A DNA stretch of 64,000 bases from Marmoricola sp. (GTDB taxonomy: Bacteria > Actinomycetota > Actinomycetes > Propionibacteriales > Nocardioidaceae). This document shows positions 45,060-54,409 of the stretch, in pieces. Numbering within the stretch: the stretch's first letter is position 1; each line of letters opens with the position of its first letter. Below the pieces are notes generated by a model. It was not told the origin of the DNA and did not search any database. It saw nothing but the letters and a program-made list of their open reading frames with translations. The DNA is taken from contig JAKFBZ010000027.1 in assembly GCA_036676945.1 (NCBI GenBank), forward strand, positions 1,601-65,600, given 5' to 3'. Made by a program: the position numbers and the translations under genes.

Positions 45060-46079
45060 TCAGTCACCGCTCAACCGTGAGGCGCTGGCCGTGAGAACGG
45101 CCAGCGCCTCACGTGCGTAACGGGGCGTCGCGCCGGCCAGGCCGCAGGCCGGGGTGAGGACGAGCTGCCCGGCGACCTCGTCGAGGCCGAAGCCGAGCAT
45201 GTCCAGCAGGCGTGAGACCCGGTCGACGACCTGCTTCACGGTCGGCGGCGCACTCGGGTCCAGAGCCGGCACGACGCCCAGCAGGACCCGCTCCCCCGCG
45301 TCGATGGCCTGACCCAGCTCCTCGTACTGCTCGGCGGCGAGGACACCGAGGTCGACCGAGATCCCGGCCGCACCGGCTCCGCGCAGCAACCCGATCGGGA
45401 CGTCCGCGGCGCAGCAGTGCGCCATCGGGGTCGCACCCGCCGCCGTGATCGCGTCGAAGACCCATTCCAGAGCCGCCGACGCCTTCGGTGCGTCGACCGA
45501 GCGGTGCCGGCCGAAACCGGACGCCGTCGGCACCTGCGCCGCCAGCACCGCCGGTAGAGCCGGTTCGTCGACCTGCACGAGCAGGTCGGCCCCGGGGAGC
45601 CGCCGCCGGACATCGGCGATGTGATCGCCCAGTCCGGCCGCGAGCGCCTGCGCGAGCTCCCGGCGCGCGCCGACATCCGCCAGCACCCGGTCACCGCGGG
45701 GGCGCTCGACGGTCGCGGCCAGGGTCCACGGCCCGGTGACCTGGATCTTGAACTCGCCGGCGGCGACAGTTCGCCCGGTCTGGGCGAGCTCCTCGACGGT
45801 GTCGAGGTCCTGGGCCAGGAGCGACCGCGCGCGGCGGTGGTCCACACCCGGCGCGTCGGTCAGCCGCCAACCCGCCGGTTGCAGGTCGAACCCGAGCTCG
45901 GCGACGACGGCCAGGGCCCGCCCCGTCATCCCCGCCGTCGCTCCGCGAGCGGGGAGCTCCGGGACGTACGGCAGATCGGGGAGCTCGCCGAGGACGACCC
46001 GGACGGCTTCGGCGACGTCGTCGCCGGGCATCGACCCGATGCCGCTGGCGATGGTCCGGCCTTGCACGGGAGTGTCCAC
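45060..46079 (-). CDS. MetE C-terminal-domain-like (truncated cobalamin-independent methionine synthase family) protein
   Basis: K.QVTGPWTL, QVDEP, HCC and TPACGL zinc-ligand motifs; no N-terminal folate domain. Confidence 0.78.
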   Translation of the reverse strand: MDTPVQGRTIASGIGSMPGDDVAEAVRVVLGELPDLPYVPELPARGATAGMTGRALAVVAELGFDLQPAGWRLTDAPGVDHRRARSLLAQDLDTVEELAQTGRTVAAGEFKIQVTGPWTLAATVERPRGDRVLADVGARRELAQALAAGLGDHIADVRRRLPGADLLVQVDEPALPAVLAAQVPTASGFGRHRSVDAPKASAALEWVFDAITAAGATPMAHCCAADVPIGLLRGAGAAGISVDLGVLAAEQYEELGQAIDAGERVLLGVVPALDPSAPPTVKQVVDRVSRLLDMLGFGLDEVAGQLVLTPACGLAGATPRYAREALAVLTASASRLSGD

Positions 46080-46100
46080 GTCGAAACCCTATGCGCCGAC

Positions 46101-46126
46101 CCATCCGTCCTGCGCGCGGCTCCGAA
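46101..46126 (+). promoter_or_regulatory. SigK promoter CCATCC-N15-CCGAA
   Basis: Exact match to the M. tuberculosis SigK consensus, 8 nt before ATG 46135. Confidence 0.8.
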
Positions 46127-46134
46127 GCACTGCC

Positions 46135-47679
46135 ATGAGACGGCCCGCACGTCCGACCCTGCTGACCCTCGCCTACGCGCTCTCCGGCGTCCTGGCGGCG
46201 TGCTTCGGCATGGCGGCTGCGCATCTGGTCGCCTCGCTCGGCAACCCTGCCGCGTCCCCGGTCTACGCGGTCGGCAGCACCGTGATCGACGCGACGCCGA
46301 CCCCGATGAAGGAGTGGGCGATCCGCACCTTCGGGACCGCCGACAAGGCGATCCTGATCGGGAACGTGCTGCTCTTCACGCTGTTGTTCGCTGCGGTGGC
46401 GGGGATCATCGCGCGACGCCGGCTGGCCCTGGCCAACGGCCTTCTCGTCTTCCTGGTCGTGCTCGCAGGCGCTGCGGCGCTGCGCCGGCCGGATGCATCT
46501 CTCGGCGACGCCGTGCCCGCACTCGTCGCCGCCGTACTCGCACCGGTCACGCTCTCGTGGCTGGTACGGGCGCTGCGAACGCGGGGGGCGAACGCAGCGA
46601 CTCCCTCGAGCAGCGCGCCCGGCAGCTCGCGCCGAGGGTTCCTGATCGGCTCCGGCCTCGTCGTGCTCGGCGGCGTGGCGATGGCCGGAGCCGGTCAGTG
46701 GATCGTGAAGGCACGGTCGAAGATCTCCGACATCGTGCTGCCGCAGGCCGCGCAGCCGCTGCCGCCGCTGGCCGAGGGCCTGGACGCGCAGTTCTCCGGG
46801 ATCTCGTCCTTCCAGACCTCGAACCGGGACTTCTACCGCGTCGACACCAAGCTGGCCGTCCCGCTGGTCAACCAGAACTCGTGGCGGCTGCGCATCGACG
46901 GCATGGTCGAGCGGGAGCTCTCCTTCACCTACGACGACCTCTTCGACATGGCGGTCGAGGAGCACGACATCACCCTCACCTGCGTCTCCAACACGGTCGG
47001 CGGCAAACTGGTCGGCGCGGCGCGCTGGCTCGGCGTACCGGTGAAGACCCTGCTGGACATGGCCGGGTACTCGGACAAGGCCGACCAGGTGCTCTCGGTC
47101 GACGTCGACGGCTTCAAGATCAGTACGCCGATCCAGGCGCTGACCGACGACCGTCCCGCACTGGTCGCGATCGGCATGAACGGGAAGGTGCTCCCCCGCG
47201 AGCACGGCTTCCCGGCACGGCTGGTCACCCCCGGCCTCTACGGCTTCGTCGGCGCCACCAAGTGGCTGCAGCGACTGACCGTGACGACGTACGCCGAGGA
47301 CGAGGCCTACTGGACCAAGCGGGACTGGGCAACCGATGCCCCGATCAAGCTCTCCAGCCGGATCGACACCCCCAGGCCGCTCGCGAACGTGAAGGCCGGC
47401 CGGCGCGCGATCGGCGGAGTCGCCTGGGCGCAGCAGAACGGCGTCGCCCAGGTCGAGGTCCGCATCGACGGCGGGCCCTGGCAGCAGGCCACCCTCGGAC
47501 CCGACGCCGGTGTCGACTACTGGCGGCAGTGGTACCTGTCCTGGGACGCCGAACCGGGCAGCCACATGATCGCGGTCCGGGCCACCGGCAAGGACGGCAC
47601 GGTGCAGACCTCGGTGCGGGCGAACTCCTTCCCCGACGGGTCCAGCGGCATCCAGGAGATCGTCGTCACCGCTTCCTGA
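46135..47679 (+). CDS. Polytopic molybdopterin-dependent oxidoreductase (sulfite oxidase/MsrP family)
   Basis: Four TM helices, internal SRRGFL Tat motif plus fifth TM, FYRVDT, TLTCVSN Mo-Cys, HGFPARL, PGLYG, KWL. Confidence 0.88.
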   Translation: MRRPARPTLLTLAYALSGVLAACFGMAAAHLVASLGNPAASPVYAVGSTVIDATPTPMKEWAIRTFGTADKAILIGNVLLFTLLFAAVAGIIARRRLALANGLLVFLVVLAGAAALRRPDASLGDAVPALVAAVLAPVTLSWLVRALRTRGANAATPSSSAPGSSRRGFLIGSGLVVLGGVAMAGAGQWIVKARSKISDIVLPQAAQPLPPLAEGLDAQFSGISSFQTSNRDFYRVDTKLAVPLVNQNSWRLRIDGMVERELSFTYDDLFDMAVEEHDITLTCVSNTVGGKLVGAARWLGVPVKTLLDMAGYSDKADQVLSVDVDGFKISTPIQALTDDRPALVAIGMNGKVLPREHGFPARLVTPGLYGFVGATKWLQRLTVTTYAEDEAYWTKRDWATDAPIKLSSRIDTPRPLANVKAGRRAIGGVAWAQQNGVAQVEVRIDGGPWQQATLGPDAGVDYWRQWYLSWDAEPGSHMIAVRATGKDGTVQTSVRANSFPDGSSGIQEIVVTAS

Positions 47680-47716
47680 CCGGCTCCGGATCTCCGGAAA
47701 TCCCTGCCCGTCCAGG

Positions 47717-47742
47717 CAATCCGCTTCCCGCCCGGCACCGAA
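47717..47742 (+). promoter_or_regulatory. Second SigK promoter CAATCC-N15-CCGAA
   Basis: One mismatch to consensus with exact spacing, upstream of the fasciclin-sigK-rskA operon. Confidence 0.72.
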
Positions 47743-47802
47743 TCACTGCCGACAGCGCACCACGGACAAGCACCACCACAACCCGTCGAAAGGCTCAATC
47801 TC

Positions 47803-48423
47803 ATGACCACCACCCTTCTGCGCCGCACCGGGGCCGTCGCCGCGGTTTCCCTCGCCCTCTCGTTCGGCCTCGCGGCCTGCGGCAGTGACGACTCCGACAA
47901 CGACGCCACCGCGACCGCGGACGAGACCATGTCGACCGACGCCGGTGCCGGCGCCGAGACCTTCGGCGCGGGCTGCAAGTTCATCCCGGCCGACGGCAAG
48001 GGCTCGTTCAACGGCATGGCCACCGACCCGGTCGCCACCGCCGCCAGCAACAACCCGCTGCTCAAGACGCTCGTCGCCGCCGTCGGCGTCGCAGGCCTGG
48101 GTGACACGCTCAACTCGGCCGACGCACTGACCGTGTTCGCGCCGACCGACGACGCGTTCGCGAAGATCCCGAAGGCAGACCTGGACGCCGTCCTGGCCGA
48201 CAAGGCGCTGCTCACCAAGATCCTGACCCACCACGTGGTGGCCGGCAAGCTCAACCCGGAAGACGTCATCGGTGAGCACGAGACCCTCGCGGGCGACACG
48301 ATCAACGTGACCGGCACTGTTCCGGAGCTCAAGTCGGAGAACGCGGCCGTGCTGTGCGGGAACATCCCGACCGCCAACGCCACGGTCTACGTCATCGACA
48401 CTGTCATGATGCCGGCGGCCTGA
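47803..48423 (+). CDS. Fasciclin-domain lipoprotein (MPT83/MPT70-like)
   Basis: Lipobox LAAC; TVFAPTDDAF, ILTHHVV, GNIPTANATVYVIDTV. Confidence 0.92.
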   Translation: MTTTLLRRTGAVAAVSLALSFGLAACGSDDSDNDATATADETMSTDAGAGAETFGAGCKFIPADGKGSFNGMATDPVATAASNNPLLKTLVAAVGVAGLGDTLNSADALTVFAPTDDAFAKIPKADLDAVLADKALLTKILTHHVVAGKLNPEDVIGEHETLAGDTINVTGTVPELKSENAAVLCGNIPTANATVYVIDTVMMPAA

Positions 48424-48464
48424 CCCACACTGGTCACCAGCAGACAACCAGAAGGATCTGAACC

Positions 48465-49064
48465 GTGTCGCACTTGAAGCCCGTTCCCTCCGGCGATCCG
48501 TCGCCGGAGGGAACGGGCCTCCCGACTCTCGCGGGCCTGCTCCGAGCCTCGGCCCGCGGCGACGAGGCAGCGTTCGCCCAGCTCTACGACGAGACCTCCG
48601 CACGGATCTTCGGTCTGGTCCTCCGGGTCGTCCGGGACCGGGCCCAGGCCGAGGAGGTCACCCAGGAGGTCTTCCTCCAGGTGTGGAAGACGGCGAGCCG
48701 GTACGACGAGTCCAAGGGCAGCGCGCTGTCCTGGTTGATGACGCTGGCGCACCGGCGCTCCGTGGACAGGGTCCGCGCCGCCGAGGCCGCCAGCCGGCAG
48801 GACACCCATTTCCACCAGAACTCCCACCAGGTCGACCACGACGCCACGGCCGAAGCGGCCGAGGCTTCGATGGAGGCCAGGAGGGTGCGGTCGGCTCTTG
48901 CGGAGCTGACCGTCGTCCAGCGGGAAGCGCTGGAACTCGCCTACTTCGGTGGCTATACGCACACCGAGGTGGCATCCATGCTCGACCTACCGGTCGGCAC
49001 AGCAAAGACCCGCATCCGAGACGGACTGATCCGGTTGCGTGACGCGATGGGAGTGGGCCAATGA
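48465..49064 (+). CDS. sigK: ECF sigma factor SigK
   Basis: GDEAAFAQLYD, WLMTLAHRRSVDRVR, LAYFGGYTHTEVA, GTAKTRIRDGL; adjacent to fasciclin and anti-sigma. Confidence 0.88.
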   Translation: MSHLKPVPSGDPSPEGTGLPTLAGLLRASARGDEAAFAQLYDETSARIFGLVLRVVRDRAQAEEVTQEVFLQVWKTASRYDESKGSALSWLMTLAHRRSVDRVRAAEAASRQDTHFHQNSHQVDHDATAEAAEASMEARRVRSALAELTVVQREALELAYFGGYTHTEVASMLDLPVGTAKTRIRDGLIRLRDAMGVGQ

Positions 49065-49801
49065 CTGCTCACGAGATCCATGCCCTCTCCGGGGCCTACG
49101 CGGTAGACGCACTCGACGACGCTGAGCGCGCCCGTTTCGAGGAGCACCTCGCGGCCTGCGCGACCTGCCAGGAGGAGGTGGCCAGCCTCCAGGAGGCCAC
49201 CGCCCTGCTCGCCGAGGACTCCGCGACCACGCCTCCCCCGGCTCTGCGCGCCTCCGTCCTCGCCGAGATCAAGAACGTCCGTCCGCTGCCGCCCGTGGGC
49301 GGCGCGGAGCCCGTCGCCGACCTCGCCAGCCGTCGCCGGCGTCCCCGTTGGGCCGGCCTGGTGGCCGCGGCCGCGGCCGCCGCCGTCTTCGTCGGCGGCG
49401 GAGCCGTCGTCTGGCAGCAGGTCAACGACTCCGACCGCACCCAGGAGGCCATCAGCCCGGTCGACCAGGTGCTCAGGGCCCGCGACGTGCAGCACGTCAG
49501 TATCGACTTCCCCGGCGGCGCCAGCGCCACCGTGTTCAAGTCCGTGGCGGAGAACAAGGCCGTCCTGGTCACCGAGAAGATGCCGGCCGCGCCGAGCGGC
49601 CGCGTCTACCAGCTCTGGTTCCAGAAGGACGGCCGGATGGTCTCCGCAGGCGTGATGCCGGCCGGGAGCGACCAGTCCGTGCTGCTGGAGGGCGACCTGA
49701 CCGGTGCCGAAGGCGCCGGGATCACCGTCGAGCCGAAGGGTGGTTCGACCGCGCCGACCTCCGCACCGATCGCAGTGTTCGACTTCGAGCAGGCGACGTG
49801 A
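49061..49801 (+). CDS. rskA: Anti-sigma K factor RskA with ZAS motif
   Basis: GAYAVDAL…HLAACATC zinc motif, single TM, C-terminal YQLWF…ITVEP.GGS.APT. Confidence 0.88.
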   Translation: MTAHEIHALSGAYAVDALDDAERARFEEHLAACATCQEEVASLQEATALLAEDSATTPPPALRASVLAEIKNVRPLPPVGGAEPVADLASRRRRPRWAGLVAAAAAAAVFVGGGAVVWQQVNDSDRTQEAISPVDQVLRARDVQHVSIDFPGGASATVFKSVAENKAVLVTEKMPAAPSGRVYQLWFQKDGRMVSAGVMPAGSDQSVLLEGDLTGAEGAGITVEPKGGSTAPTSAPIAVFDFEQAT

Positions 49802-51825
49802 GCGGCCGGCACCGGGCCGACGAGCGGCCGACCCGGGGCCGGGTAGCCGTCGTCGGCAGCGGTGTCGCGGGCCTGACCGCGGCGTACGTGATCTCCGGCG
49901 AGGCCGAGGTGACCCTGTTCGAGGCCGACGACCGCCTCGGCGGGCACGCGGACACCCACGTCGTGACCACGCCGGACGGCCCGGTCGCGATCGACACCGG
50001 CTTCATCGTGCACAACGAGGTCACCTACCCCACCCTGCTGCGCCTGTTCCGCGAGCTCGGCGTCGCGACCCAGCCGTCGGACATGTCGATGTCGGTGCGC
50101 TCGGACGAGGCGCACGGCGGCACCGGTCTGGAGTGGGCCGGAGCGCTGGGTCGTCGCGGGGTCTTCCCTTCCTGGCGACACCTGGTGCGTCCGTCGTACC
50201 TGCGCATGCTCGTCGAGATCCCCCGGTTCCACCGGCGCGCGAAGCGACTGCTCGCCCTGACCGAGGGCACCGATGACGACGGCCAGACTCTGGCGGAGTT
50301 CCTCGCCGAGGGCCGGTTCACGCCGTACTTCCGCCGGCATTTCATGGCGCCGCTTGTCGCCGCGGTCTGGTCCTGCGACCCGTCGATCGCGCTGGAGTAC
50401 CCGGCCCGTTACCTGTTCGCGTTCCTGCGTCACCACGGGATGCTCACCGTGTTCGGATCGCCGCAGTGGCGCACGGTCACGGGCGGCTCGCACACATACG
50501 TCGCCAAGGTGGCCGAGGCGATCCGTGGGAACGGCGGCACGATCGTGGTCGGCACCAAGGTCACCTCGGTGATCGAGACCGAGGACGGTGCCGAGCTCAC
50601 CGACGGCAACGGCGCGGTGCACTCCTTCGACGCCGTGGTGATCGCGACCCACCCCGATCAGGCACTCGGCATGCTCGCCGAGCCGACCGCGCTGCAGACC
50701 GAACTGCTCACCGCGATGCCGTACTCACAGAACCTGGCGCAGCTGCACACCGACAGCAGCGTGATGCCGCGCAACCGGAACGCCTGGGCGTCCTGGAACC
50801 AGTGGGAGCGCCCGGACACGGACGCGGTCACGGTCACCTACGACATGACCCGGCTGATGTCCCTGCCGGTCTCCGACGGCGTCCGCTACTTCGTCACCCT
50901 GGGCGCCCCGGACCTGATCGACCCGGACAGCGTGATCGCGACCCGCGACTACGCGCACCCGATCTACAACCCGACCTCGGTGGCCGCCCAACGGCGTCTG
51001 CCCGAGATCGACAGCGACCGGCTCGTCTTCGCGGGCGCCTGGCACGGCTGGGGCTTCCACGAGGACGGCGCCCGCTCCGGCGCGGCCGCCGCCGCCCGGC
51101 TCGGCTTCGACTGGCCCGAGGCGCCGGCGCTGCCGAGCACCCCGCGGCGGTACGCCGCCACGATCCAGCACACCCGCCGGGCCCCGATGAAGCGGCGCTT
51201 CAGCAACCGCACCACGTTCTGGCTGGTGGATCTCGACGAGCTCCCCGACCATGGGCCGCTGGCGACTTTCGAGGCTCGCGACCACCTCGGCGATCCGAAG
51301 CTGTCGATCCGGCAGAACGTCGAGTCGTTCCTGGACCGCGAGGGCATCGTCGTCACCGGCGGCCGGATCCTGATGGCCGCCAACGCCCGGGCCCTCGGCT
51401 ACTGCTTCAACCCGATCAGCGTGTTCTGGTGCTTCGACGCGCACGGCGCCCTGGCCGCGACCGTCGTCGAGGTGCACAACACCTACGGCGACCGGCACGC
51501 GTACGTCGTCCACCCGGACCACGCTGGCCGGGCGATGGTCGCCAAAGAGATGTACGTCTCGCCGTTCCACGGCGTCGACGGGCATTACGAGCTCGTCGTC
51601 CCGGTCCCCGGGGACGACCTCACGGTCTGCGTACGGCTGGTCACGGACGCCGGCGAGAAGTTCGACGCGTCGTTGCGCGGCACCGTCTCGACGGCCGGGC
51701 CACTTCGCGCGGCCCCAGCGGCAATCCGGGGGGCGCTTCTGATCCGAATGCACGGTGTCTGGCTGTGGGCCCGCCGGTTGCGGGTACAGCCCCGTCCACA
51801 CCACCACCAAGAAGGTGTCCGATGA
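49798..51825 (+). CDS. Fusion of FAD-dependent oxidoreductase (Rv0449c/UfaD-like) and DUF1365 (Rv0448c/UfaO-like)
   Basis: GSGVAGL…FEA..RLGGH, DTGFIV.N..TYP, GWGFHEDG, then in frame R.LGYCFNPISVFWC, EVHNTYGDRH, K..YVSPF. GTGA overlap with rskA. Confidence 0.85.
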   Translation: MSGRHRADERPTRGRVAVVGSGVAGLTAAYVISGEAEVTLFEADDRLGGHADTHVVTTPDGPVAIDTGFIVHNEVTYPTLLRLFRELGVATQPSDMSMSVRSDEAHGGTGLEWAGALGRRGVFPSWRHLVRPSYLRMLVEIPRFHRRAKRLLALTEGTDDDGQTLAEFLAEGRFTPYFRRHFMAPLVAAVWSCDPSIALEYPARYLFAFLRHHGMLTVFGSPQWRTVTGGSHTYVAKVAEAIRGNGGTIVVGTKVTSVIETEDGAELTDGNGAVHSFDAVVIATHPDQALGMLAEPTALQTELLTAMPYSQNLAQLHTDSSVMPRNRNAWASWNQWERPDTDAVTVTYDMTRLMSLPVSDGVRYFVTLGAPDLIDPDSVIATRDYAHPIYNPTSVAAQRRLPEIDSDRLVFAGAWHGWGFHEDGARSGAAAAARLGFDWPEAPALPSTPRRYAATIQHTRRAPMKRRFSNRTTFWLVDLDELPDHGPLATFEARDHLGDPKLSIRQNVESFLDREGIVVTGGRILMAANARALGYCFNPISVFWCFDAHGALAATVVEVHNTYGDRHAYVVHPDHAGRAMVAKEMYVSPFHGVDGHYELVVPVPGDDLTVCVRLVTDAGEKFDASLRGTVSTAGPLRAAPAAIRGALLIRMHGVWLWARRLRVQPRPHHHQEGVR

Positions 51826-53117
51826 CCAGCAGTCTCGACGCAACCCCGCTCTCGGTCGATCACTGGACCGACATCTCGCCGCTGCGCCGTGGCCCGAAGG
51901 CGAGGATCTCCACGGCGATCGCGCGCCGGATCTTCCTCGAGGTTGCCGACCGGCTCGGCATCACCGTCGCGGTCGCCGGCGTCGACGACACGACCGGGGC
52001 GGACCTGGTCCTGCACCGCCCTGAGGAGTTCTTCACCCGGGTGGGCAACGACGGCCTGATCGGCTTCGGCGAGGCCTATATGACCGGCGCCTGGGACGCC
52101 GAGGACCTGGGCGCGACCCTGACGGTCCTGTGCAACGAGATCGGCGACCTGGTGCCGATGTGGATGCAGCGGATGCGCGCCGTCTACGTCTCCCGTCCGC
52201 CGCGGACGCAACGGAACAGCGCCAAGAACACCCGGAAGAACATCGCGCACCACTACGACCTCTCCAACGATCTGTTCGGCCTGTTCCTGGACCGGACGAT
52301 GAGCTACTCCTCGGCGATGTTCGACACGGACTCGCTGACCGACGCGAGCCGGACCGTCCTGGCGCCGCCGGTGCCGGGATCCGACCTCACCGAGGCGCAG
52401 ACCCGGAAGATCGACGCGATCCTCGACGCCGCCGGCGTCACCCGCGGCACCCGGGTCCTCGAGATCGGCACCGGTTGGGGCGAGCTCGCCATCCGTGCCG
52501 CCCGCCGGGGCGCCACTGTGCGATCGGTGACCCTCTCCAGCGAACAACAGGCCCTGGCCCGGGCACGCTTCGCCGACGCGGTCGCCGAGGAAGGTCTGCG
52601 TGCCGACGTCGTCCAGGTGGACCTGCTCGACTACCGGGCCGTCGAGGGTCAGTACGACGCCGTGGTGTCGGTCGAGATGATCGAGGCGGTCGGCTACGAG
52701 TACCTGCCGTCGTACTTCCAGACCATCGACCGGGTGCTGGCGCCGGGCGGCAAGGTCGCGATCCAGGCGATCACGATGCCGCACGACCGGATGCTCGCCA
52801 CCCGGCGCACCTGGACGTGGATCCACAAGTACATCTTCCCCGGCGGCTTCCTGCCCTCGACCGAGCTGCTCGACGAGGTCACCCGCAAGGAGACCAGCCT
52901 CCGGCTCGTCGGGCGTACGACGTTCGGCAGCCACTACGCCGAGACGCTGCGCCAGTGGGACGAGGCGTTCATGGCCGCCAACGGTCGGGTGCTGGAGCTC
53001 GGTTTCGACGAGACCTTCCGCCGGCTGTGGCACTTCTACCTGGAGTACTCCCGGGCCGGCTTCGCGTCCGGCTACATCGACGTACAGCAGCTCGCCTTCA
53101 CCCGGGAGGCACCGTGA
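51822..53117 (+). CDS. Cfa-family SAM-dependent fatty-acid methyltransferase 1 (UfaA1/UfaM-like)
   Basis: NIAHHYDLSNDLF..FLD..M.YSS, LEIGTGWG, SVEMIEAVG, KYIFPGG. Confidence 0.88.
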   Translation: MTSSLDATPLSVDHWTDISPLRRGPKARISTAIARRIFLEVADRLGITVAVAGVDDTTGADLVLHRPEEFFTRVGNDGLIGFGEAYMTGAWDAEDLGATLTVLCNEIGDLVPMWMQRMRAVYVSRPPRTQRNSAKNTRKNIAHHYDLSNDLFGLFLDRTMSYSSAMFDTDSLTDASRTVLAPPVPGSDLTEAQTRKIDAILDAAGVTRGTRVLEIGTGWGELAIRAARRGATVRSVTLSSEQQALARARFADAVAEEGLRADVVQVDLLDYRAVEGQYDAVVSVEMIEAVGYEYLPSYFQTIDRVLAPGGKVAIQAITMPHDRMLATRRTWTWIHKYIFPGGFLPSTELLDEVTRKETSLRLVGRTTFGSHYAETLRQWDEAFMAANGRVLELGFDETFRRLWHFYLEYSRAGFASGYIDVQQLAFTREAP

Positions 53118-54409
53118 CGACCACCGGAATCCGTCCCAGCAAGGCAGCGCCCGCCACCGGTGTGGCCGACACCCTCGCCGAAGCGCTGCGCCCGTTCGTC
53201 GGCGGAGACCTGCCGGTCCTGCTGCATGCCTGGGACGGCTCGGTCGCCGGCCAGGGTCCGCTGGTCCGGCTCAACTCGCCGCAGGCCCTGACCCGGCTGC
53301 TCTGGGCGCCGGGCGAGCTCGGCGCCGCGCAGGCGTACGTGACCGGCGAGATCGACGTTGCCGGCGATCTGGACGCCGCCCTGACGCACGTCTGGACGGT
53401 GATCGAGGAGCGTGGACTGACAGGGGTGTCCACGAGCCCGGCGACCGTCTGGCGTGCGGCGCGGGCGGCACTCAAGGTCGGAGCGCTGGGCGGGCGTCCT
53501 GCGCCGCCGCAGTCGCAGGCCGTGCTGCGGGGCCGGCTGCACAGCAAGCGCCGCGACGCCGACGCGATCAGCCACCACTACGACTTCTCCAACGAGTTCT
53601 ACGCCGCGATCCTCGACGAGCACATGGCCTACTCGTCGGGCTACTGGACGTCGCCGGACCTCACCCTGGAGGAGGCCCAGGCCGCGAAGCTGGACCTGGT
53701 CTGCCGCAAGGTCGGGCTCGGGCCGCGCCGGACCTTCCTCGACGTCGGCTGCGGCTGGGGCTCGCTCTCGCTGTACGCCGCCGAGCACTTCGGCGCCCAG
53801 GTCACCGGCGTGACGATCGCCGCGGAGCAGAAGAAGTTCATCGACGCCCGGATCGCCGAGCGCGGCCTGGGCGACCTCGTCGAGATCAAGCTCTGCGACT
53901 ACCGCGACGTGGAGGGCACCTTCGACGCCGTGGCGTCGATCGAGATGGGTGAGCACGTCGGATCGGCGAACTACCCGACGTACGTCGAGGTGCTGCACGA
54001 CGCGGTGAAGCCCGGCGGACGGGTGCTGATCCAGCAGATGTCCCGCCCGGGTCCGGGTGGCGGCGCGCACCCCGGTGGCGGCCCGTTCATCGAGTCGTTC
54101 ATCGCGCCGGACATGACGATGCGGCCGGTCGGCGAGACCGTCGACCTGATCGAGTCCGGGGGCCTGGAGGTCCGCGACGTGCACGCGCTGCGCGAGCACT
54201 ACGTGCTGACGGTCGACGCCTGGCTCGAGAAGTTCGAGGCGTCGCTCGACCACCTGCGCACGCTGGTGCCCGAGGAGTACCTCCGCGTCTGGCGGCTGTA
54301 CCTGGTCGGTGGCCGGATGGCTTTCCGCGACGGCAGGATGGGGGTCGACCAGATCCTCGCGGTGCGCCCCGGCGCCCCGCACGACCTGCCGGCGGTGCGC
54401 AGCTTGTGA
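53114..54409 (+). CDS. Cfa-family SAM-dependent fatty-acid methyltransferase 2
   Basis: ISHHYDFSNEFY, M.YS.GYW, LDVGCGWG, IEMGEHVG, LREHY..T; GTGA overlap. Confidence 0.88.
   Translation: MTTTGIRPSKAAPATGVADTLAEALRPFVGGDLPVLLHAWDGSVAGQGPLVRLNSPQALTRLLWAPGELGAAQAYVTGEIDVAGDLDAALTHVWTVIEERGLTGVSTSPATVWRAARAALKVGALGGRPAPPQSQAVLRGRLHSKRRDADAISHHYDFSNEFYAAILDEHMAYSSGYWTSPDLTLEEAQAAKLDLVCRKVGLGPRRTFLDVGCGWGSLSLYAAEHFGAQVTGVTIAAEQKKFIDARIAERGLGDLVEIKLCDYRDVEGTFDAVASIEMGEHVGSANYPTYVEVLHDAVKPGGRVLIQQMSRPGPGGGAHPGGGPFIESFIAPDMTMRPVGETVDLIESGGLEVRDVHALREHYVLTVDAWLEKFEASLDHLRTLVPEEYLRVWRLYLVGGRMAFRDGRMGVDQILAVRPGAPHDLPAVRSL

Noticed and set aside
50466-53117. Apparent 883-aa methyltransferase (also 52130-54409 and 55892-57538)
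   Set aside because: The N-terminal parts are alternative frames of the upstream genes. Unlike the 49798-51825 fusion, only one recognisable domain is in frame.
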